The translations under genes were made by a program, and so were the position numbers. The notes under the pieces were generated by a model. It had not been told where the DNA came from. It worked only from the letters and a program-made list of their open reading frames with translations, and searched no databases. DNA of 32,000 bases from an uncultured bacterium (GTDB lineage: Bacteria; Bacillota_I; Bacilli_A; RF39; UBA660). Shown here piece after piece: positions 26,504 to 32,000 of this stretch. Each line of letters starts with the position of its first letter. Position 1 is the first letter of the stretch. The stretch is taken from positions 5,466 through 37,465 of the forward strand of contig CAUERX010000008.1 of the NCBI GenBank assembly GCA_959020415.1, read 5' to 3'.

Positions 26504-27376
26504 TTAACGTTTTTTTGCTCTAGGGTGAGCATTTAAATAAACATTTCTAAGCCGTTCATTTGAAACGTGGGTATATATTTGGGTAGTTGATAGATTTTCA
26601 TGACCTAGAAGATCGCCAACACTTTTTAAGTCCGCACCTTCATTTAACATATGAGTAGCAAAGGTATGCCTTAAGGTATGTGGTGTTACATGAACTTCAA
26701 GCCCGGCTATTTTAGTATTGTTATCAATTATCATTCTAATAACTCTATCATTTATTTTTTCTCCATGTTTATTAGGAAAAAGATATATACTATCTGGTAA
26801 TGTTTTTCGGCCATCATTTATGTAAAGGTTTAAAAGTTCATTACATCCACTACCATAAAAAACATATCTTTCTTTATTACCTTTCCCCAAAATAAGAATT
26901 GTTTGCTCGCTGTAATTTATATCTTTTAGTTTAATATTAATTAATTCACTAACACGAATTCCCGTTGAATAAAGCATTTCCAAAATCAAAGCATCCCTTT
27001 GACCGTCAGGGGTATTTAGATTTGGGGCCTTTAATAAACTTTCTAAGTCATTGTAATTTAAAAAACTCGGTAACTTTTTTTCTTGCTTAGGGTTACTAAT
27101 TAAAATCATGGGATTAGTTTTGATTTTATTTTCGGCATCTAAATATTTGAAAAAACTTTTTAAAGCACTTATTTTTCTAGATATAGTAGCATTACTATAT
27201 TTTTTATCATACAACTTTTTTAAATATTTACGAATGTCATTTAAATCAATATCGGATATTCTTTTATTAACAGTATCTGAAAAGTCATAAAGATCTTTTT
27301 GATAGTTTAACACTGTATGATTAGAAAATCTTTTTTCATATTTTATATAGTTGATAAATATTTCTATTTCTTCCAT
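26504..27376 (-). CDS. tyrosine recombinase, XerC/XerD family
   Basis: 290 aa. It has an N-terminal SAM-like domain and catalytic residues in ..TGIRVSEL.., ..HTLRHTFATHML.. and ..LLGHENLSTTQIYTHV. XerC cannot be told from XerD here. Confidence 0.9.
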   Translation of the reverse strand: MEEIEIFINYIKYEKRFSNHTVLNYQKDLYDFSDTVNKRISDIDLNDIRKYLKKLYDKKYSNATISRKISALKSFFKYLDAENKIKTNPMILISNPKQEKKLPSFLNYNDLESLLKAPNLNTPDGQRDALILEMLYSTGIRVSELINIKLKDINYSEQTILILGKGNKERYVFYGSGCNELLNLYINDGRKTLPDSIYLFPNKHGEKINDRVIRMIIDNNTKIAGLEVHVTPHTLRHTFATHMLNEGADLKSVGDLLGHENLSTTQIYTHVSNERLRNVYLNAHPRAKKR

Positions 27377-27407
27377 AGTTTCACCCTATTATAATTATAA
27401 CACGAAA

Positions 27408-27430
27408 AAAAGTAATTTTTAATTACTTTT
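27408..27430 (-). terminator. AT-rich hairpin plus T-run after the GH3 gene
   Basis: On the minus strand: AAAAGTAATT AAA AATTACTTTT followed by TTTCG. Only one G:C pair. Confidence 0.4.
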
Positions 27431-28520
27431 AAATGGTAAGAGTATCTATATTATTATCAATTTTTTTATTCAAATTAACTATCTTCGTATTAATATCTTT
27501 AATGTTGCATCCACTAAAAAGATTATCGCTTAATAAATATTTTGTTTTTAATGCTATAATTCTATTAACAGAATCGTTTATTTGATTTATATCTATATCT
27601 CCTTTATTAACTAATTTTACTATCTTTTTGATATTATATTTGTAAAATTCATTATAATATTTTCGGCAAATAATATCGTTTCTAGCTTTAAAAGCTTTTA
27701 TAATTGAACGATGTTTACCAAAAAAATAACGGATACTATGCATGCTAAGTTCATCAGTCATAACAACTCCATTATAACTTAATTTTTCTCTTAACTCTTC
27801 TTTAATAAATTTATCAGAAAGTGAAGCCGGATATATTCCAGTATAACCTTTAATTAAAATATGACCTATCATAATAGCATCAGCACCATTTTTTATTGCC
27901 TCTTCAAATGGTTTTATGTTAGTTTCTTTTATTTTATTGAAATTATAAACTATAGGTAAAAAACTATGAGAATCGGTTTTGACCATACCATGCCCAGGAA
28001 AATGTTTGACAACCGGGATAACATTTTCTTTTTGTGACACTTTCATATAAGTAGTTCCAAATAAACAAACTTTAGCAGATGAACTACTAAAAGCTCGATT
28101 GCCGATGACTTGATTATTATTATAGTTTTTGATATCTAATACAGGCGCAAAATTCATATTAATGCCAGTTTGAAAAAGCATATTAGAAGTTATTTTTGCA
28201 GCTTCTTCAATTATCTCTAGGTTATTTGTAGCGCCAAGTTTAAAAGCATTATATATATTTTTAAATTCTAAAGGCATTCTATTAACCCTTCCACCTTCTT
28301 GGTCAATAGCTATAAATAAAGGATATGGATTATCTTTATTACATTCTTTTAAAGAATTAATTAAGTTTAGCATTTCTGTGTAATCATTATAATTATTACG
28401 ATAAATAATTACTCCACCTATTTTATTTTCACTAATTAACTTTTTTACACCATATATGTCATTTTTATTGCCAATTCCAACCAGAGTCATTTGCGCTATT
28501 TTATCTTCTAAACTAAGCAT
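27429..28520 (-). CDS. glycoside hydrolase family 3 protein (beta-N-acetylhexosaminidase, NagZ-like)
   Basis: 363 aa with the motifs FIAIDQEGGRVNRM and VKHFPGHGMVKTDSH. Confidence 0.85.
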   Translation of the reverse strand: MLSLEDKIAQMTLVGIGNKNDIYGVKKLISENKIGGVIIYRNNYNDYTEMLNLINSLKECNKDNPYPLFIAIDQEGGRVNRMPLEFKNIYNAFKLGATNNLEIIEEAAKITSNMLFQTGINMNFAPVLDIKNYNNNQVIGNRAFSSSSAKVCLFGTTYMKVSQKENVIPVVKHFPGHGMVKTDSHSFLPIVYNFNKIKETNIKPFEEAIKNGADAIMIGHILIKGYTGIYPASLSDKFIKEELREKLSYNGVVMTDELSMHSIRYFFGKHRSIIKAFKARNDIICRKYYNEFYKYNIKKIVKLVNKGDIDINQINDSVNRIIALKTKYLLSDNLFSGCNIKDINTKIVNLNKKIDNNIDTLTI

Positions 28521-28591
28521 ACTATCACCATTTTGATTATAGCATAGCTAAAGAAAAAGACCAAATAAAAAAGCAATTTTGAACTTACTTT

Positions 28592-29731
28592 TTATCGATA
28601 GTGGTGTGTAGTACGTGGTCCTAGGGGTTGCCCAAAATCAATTAACATTTGACCAGGTACTTGTTTTTTATCAAGTTTTGTTTTAAATGGAAGTTCGTCA
28701 ATAACTTTAAATTTGGCAACAGCTGATATTTTATCATCCTTTAAACTAGCCGTTTTTGATAATGATCCAGGTGCTTCCACCGGAAGATCAATAATTTCCG
28801 CTGCAGGATGCATTAATGTTGGGAAAAGGTCAATGGGTTCTTCATCATCCCTTTGTTCGCCTCTTTCGTTAAAAGGAATCATGCTTTTTTTTATCATTGG
28901 CTCTGCTTTATCAAATAACTGATGAACAATACAATGAGTACGAATATTTGGATAAAAACAAGTAGCTCCAAAAAATGTCTGATCTTCTCTGTATAATGGA
29001 TCTTTGTTTTTAGCTCTAACTATATCAATTATTGATTGATTATAATACGATAAATGACTTTTAACAAATATACGAAATTCTGGCGAAATAGTGTCACTCA
29101 TTTTTGGATGTGGCCTAAATAGTTGAATTATTTCTTCATTAAACTTATCAACAAACGGATTGCCAATTGGGAAATGATAATGATATTTGTTTTCAGAAAT
29201 AAATTTAGCTAAGTGAGTTTGGTGGCTATACATAAGAGCAATTGGTTTAAAATTATTGCGACGAGGATATTCAATAAATACCCATAAATCTTTATTTTCA
29301 ATACTGTCATCAATATCTAAATATCTATTTGCTTTAATATCATCTAATAAAGCATCTTTGCCAGAAAATTGAGTAGTATAAGCATCAATGGCCATCCAGT
29401 ATGTCTTCTTACCCATGCTTTGTCCTGTTTTTTTGACATTTGGGATGTTAACTGAATACTCTCCGCTTTCATAAAGTTTAGTCATGGTAGCATTTAAATA
29501 GTCAAAATATTTATGAAGGTGTGATGATACATGTTTAAAACCGTCAAAATCTCCAGCTTCTAATCTTTTCAATTGGTCAATTGTTAAACCTAAATGTTCA
29601 GCAATCTCAAAAATATCTTTTTCGGACTGTTTTCGAAGATTTCCTAATTGTCTTGCTACTTCTTCGCGTGGGGCAACTATTAGACTATATCTTTTTTCAT
29701 CTTGCTGCTTTTTATTTTGTTTTCTTACCAT
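28592..29731 (-). CDS. hypothetical protein with an N-terminal RodZ/XRE-like helix-turn-helix; remainder unknown
   Basis: 379 aa. ..EEVARQLGNLRKQSEKDIFEIAEHLGLTIDQLKRLEAGDFDGF resembles the HTH_25/RodZ N-terminal pattern (..L..LE.GDF). There is no TM segment, and the roughly 300-aa C-terminal part matches nothing I recognise. Confidence 0.6.
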   Translation of the reverse strand: MVRKQNKKQQDEKRYSLIVAPREEVARQLGNLRKQSEKDIFEIAEHLGLTIDQLKRLEAGDFDGFKHVSSHLHKYFDYLNATMTKLYESGEYSVNIPNVKKTGQSMGKKTYWMAIDAYTTQFSGKDALLDDIKANRYLDIDDSIENKDLWVFIEYPRRNNFKPIALMYSHQTHLAKFISENKYHYHFPIGNPFVDKFNEEIIQLFRPHPKMSDTISPEFRIFVKSHLSYYNQSIIDIVRAKNKDPLYREDQTFFGATCFYPNIRTHCIVHQLFDKAEPMIKKSMIPFNERGEQRDDEEPIDLFPTLMHPAAEIIDLPVEAPGSLSKTASLKDDKISAVAKFKVIDELPFKTKLDKKQVPGQMLIDFGQPLGPRTTHHYR

Positions 29732-29751
29732 ACTACCACCTCATTACTTTT

Positions 29752-29779
29752 ATTATACATTTTTATTATAGTTTGTCAA
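29752..29779 (-). promoter_or_regulatory. sigma-A-type promoter of the HTH gene
   Basis: On the minus strand: TTGACA (29779-29774), 16-nt spacer, TATAAT (29757-29752), then a GAGGTGG RBS. Confidence 0.55.
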
Positions 29780-29781
29780 AA

Positions 29782-29813
29782 CAAAAACATGTTTATATAA
29801 CATGTCATGTTTG
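29782..29813 (-). terminator. topA terminator (alternative hairpins using duplicated CATGT arms) plus T-run
   Basis: On the minus strand after the topA TAA: AACAAACATG ACATG TTATATAAA CATGT TTTTGTTTTG. Confidence 0.4.
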
Positions 29814-29814
29814 T

Positions 29815-31845
29815 TTATTTTGTAAAATCACAGCTACTACATTTTATTTTATCTTTTTTTTCGGTTAACATACTACCACATTCAGGGCATTTTTCACCAG
29901 TTGGTTTATCCCAATAAGCGGTTTTACATTTTGGATAGTTATTGCAACCATAGAAAATTTTACCACGTTTACTTTTACGTTCAATGATTTTTCCATCTTC
30001 GCAATTCGGACAATCACAAACAATTACTTCTTCTCTTGGTTCTTGCTTAATATATTTACAAGCTGGAAAGTTACTACAAGCAACAAACGGTCCATATTTT
30101 CCTTTTCTGATAACTAATGGATGCCCACATTCAGGACACATTTCGCCAGTTTCTTCGGCTTCTTTTTTTGGTAATTTATCAAAAGCCTCTTGAACAGCAG
30201 GTTCAAATTCTTTATAAAATTTATCTAAAACTTCATACCAAACTTCTTTACCTTCAGCTATTTTATCTAAATCTGTTTCCATATTAGCCGTATATTCAAC
30301 ATTAATTAAATGACTAAAGCATTCTTGAAGTTTATCGGTAACTTCAAAACCAATTTCGGTTGGAGCGAATTTCTTCTCAATTAGTTCAACATACCCTCGA
30401 TTTCTAATGTTATCAATAATGGTGGCATAGGTACTAGGACGTCCAATACCTAATTCTTCCATTTTCTCAATTAGCTTGGCCTCTGTATATCTTGCAGGTG
30501 GCTGAGTGAAATGTTGTTCTTTAGTTATATCATTTGACACGATCACTTTTGAATTATAGGTATCAAACGGTGGCAAAATATTATCTTTTGTACTTTCGTA
30601 ATCACCATAAACTTTTAAATAACCATCAAAGACAATTATTTGTCCAGTTGCCTTGAAACCATAGTCATTATTATTTAAGACAACAGTAGTTCCTTCTACT
30701 TTAGCTTCTTTCATTAAACTAGCTAAAGCGCGGTAATAAATTAAACGATATAATTTAAACTCGTCATCAGTTAAATATGGTTTTACGCTTTCTGGAGTTC
30801 TTTGAATGCTGGTTGGTCTAATAGCCTCGTGAGCGTCTTGAACGTTTTCAGACTTTTTACTAGTCTTTACTCGGCCAACATATTCTTTACCATATTTAGT
30901 TTCAATAAACTGATAGGTACTAGCAACAAATTCAGTCGCTAGTCTAGTTGAATCAGTACGCATATAGGTAATTAATCCAACTGTTTCATCAGCTAAATCA
31001 ATACCTTCATACAATTTTTGGGCAATCATCATAGTTTTTTTAGCGCCAAACCTTAATTTGTTAGAAGCTTCTTGTTGCATAGTACTTGTAATGAATGGAA
31101 ATTTTGATTGTTTTGATTTTAATTTCTTATCAACGCTTTCAATTTCAAAAGCGTTTGATAATTTATTTAATATTTCATTAGCTTCTAATTCATTTTTAAT
31201 TTCAATTTTTTTATGTTTATATTCAAAAAGGTCAGCTTTAAAGTCTTTAAAATCAGCAGTAATTGACCAATATTCTTCTGGCATGAAAGCTTTTATTTCT
31301 CTTTCGCGATCGACTATTAATTTTAATGCAACGCTTTGAACTCTACCAGCACTACTACCATCTGTTTTTGATTGAATTAGTTTACTTAAACGAAAACCAA
31401 TAATACGGTCCAAAATACGTCTTGTTTCTTGACTGTGAACATAATCCATATCAAGCTGTCTTTCGTGTTTAAATGCTTCAATAATAGCATTTTTAGTAAT
31501 TTCGTTAAAAACGACGCGGCTATAATTATCTGGAGTTAATCCTAAAACGTCATAGATATGCCAGGCGATAGCTTCTCCTTCGCGGTCCAAGTCGGTAGCA
31601 AGATAGACTTTATCGACTTTTTTAGCTTCTTTTTTAAGCTCATCAATAACACTTTTTTTACCTTTAATAGTTTTATAATCTGGTTTAAAATTGTCCTCTA
31701 AATCTACACCTAATCCGTACTGGCCTTTGATTGATAAATCTCTGATGTGCCCTTTACTTGAAGAGACGATATAATCAGGTCCTAAATACTGACTAATGTT
31801 TTTTACTTTAGTCGGAGATTCGACTATTACTAGATTTTTTCCCAT
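29815..31845 (-). CDS. topA: DNA topoisomerase I
   Basis: 676 aa with a TOPRIM N-terminus (LVIVESPTKVKNISQYLG), a catalytic region, and C-terminal C4 zinc ribbons (CPECGHPL..C..C, CDCPNC.., CPECGS..). Confidence 0.96.
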   Translation of the reverse strand: MGKNLVIVESPTKVKNISQYLGPDYIVSSSKGHIRDLSIKGQYGLGVDLEDNFKPDYKTIKGKKSVIDELKKEAKKVDKVYLATDLDREGEAIAWHIYDVLGLTPDNYSRVVFNEITKNAIIEAFKHERQLDMDYVHSQETRRILDRIIGFRLSKLIQSKTDGSSAGRVQSVALKLIVDREREIKAFMPEEYWSITADFKDFKADLFEYKHKKIEIKNELEANEILNKLSNAFEIESVDKKLKSKQSKFPFITSTMQQEASNKLRFGAKKTMMIAQKLYEGIDLADETVGLITYMRTDSTRLATEFVASTYQFIETKYGKEYVGRVKTSKKSENVQDAHEAIRPTSIQRTPESVKPYLTDDEFKLYRLIYYRALASLMKEAKVEGTTVVLNNNDYGFKATGQIIVFDGYLKVYGDYESTKDNILPPFDTYNSKVIVSNDITKEQHFTQPPARYTEAKLIEKMEELGIGRPSTYATIIDNIRNRGYVELIEKKFAPTEIGFEVTDKLQECFSHLINVEYTANMETDLDKIAEGKEVWYEVLDKFYKEFEPAVQEAFDKLPKKEAEETGEMCPECGHPLVIRKGKYGPFVACSNFPACKYIKQEPREEVIVCDCPNCEDGKIIERKSKRGKIFYGCNNYPKCKTAYWDKPTGEKCPECGSMLTEKKDKIKCSSCDFTK

Positions 31846-31876
31846 AATTCACTTCCTTTTCATCAAGCTAATAACA

Positions 31877-31905
31877 TTTATACACCATTATTTGATTTAT
31901 GTCAA
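31877..31905 (-). promoter_or_regulatory. candidate sigma-A-type promoter of topA
   Basis: On the minus strand: TTGACA (31905-31900), 17-nt spacer, TATAAA (31882-31877), with a GGAAG RBS before the ATG. Confidence 0.45.
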
Positions 31906-32000
31906 ATATTTTATAGCTATATTATTTATATAACATGGCTTAAGAAAAAATTACTAAATAATTATATTTATATAATTTTAATTAGCTATTTAAGTGAAAT

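Noticed and set aside
3105-31339. Other short ORFs in the track that overlap or lie antisense to confident genes: 3105-3308, 5041-5343, 5576-5809, 6028-6243, 6902-7117, 14200-14385, 18113-18343, 18540-18749, 20690-20890, 20847-21044, 20948-21172, 21817-22050, 24596-24907, 26042-26230, 27108-27290, 28713-28922, 29581-29868, 29984-30193 and 31058-31339.
   Set aside because: Each lies inside or opposite a longer ORF with clear homology or structure. Their translations are low-complexity and lack start signals, so they are shadow ORFs.
1-32000. I searched by eye for CRISPR arrays, IS elements or transposases, integrase-flanked islands, rRNA genes, and known defence or toxin-antitoxin modules.
   Set aside because: There are no regularly spaced direct repeats and no transposase- or phage-like ORFs. 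The only recombinase is a Xer-type housekeeping enzyme with no flanking att-like repeats noticed. No restriction-modification, Abi or Cas-like motifs were recognised.

Overview
This is an AT-rich chromosomal segment, roughly 30% G+C by eye (not computed). It uses the standard code: TGA acts as a stop at 2836-2838, and long conserved ORFs stay open under table 11, so it is not a TGA=Trp mycoplasma. Gene content and order look like a reduced Firmicutes-derived genome (Acholeplasma, RF39 or Erysipelotrichia-like); this placement is inference only. Almost everything is on the minus strand. In coordinate order the window holds a FUSC-type membrane protein, a CYTH enzyme, ftsK, an FAD oxidoreductase, a decayed ABC transporter locus, and then a SHOCT membrane protein, pnp and rpsO. 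Next come two unknown genes, truB and cysS. After these comes the only plus-strand block (two tRNAs and a QNG1/DUF2419 queuosine-salvage gene), then a second decayed ABC transporter and an unknown 140-aa gene. A pilin-like surface-protein locus follows, then smr, pfkB, ppdK, a Xer recombinase, a GH3 NagZ-like hydrolase, an HTH protein of unknown function, and topA. I see no rRNA, CRISPR array, transposase, integrase-flanked island or recognisable defence system. Most of the window is ordinary core genome. The parts worth a second look are: (1) an orphan modular type IV pilin-like operon plus a divergent pilin-like neighbour at 19.3-22.6 kb, with no pilus machinery nearby; (2) two unrecognisable genes sitting where ribF/ribC normally lies between truB and rpsO; (3) a 379-aa RodZ-like-HTH protein with its own strong promoter between topA and xer; (4) two independently eroded ABC transporter loci that point to ongoing genome reduction. 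None of these can be shown to be a new system from sequence inspection alone.
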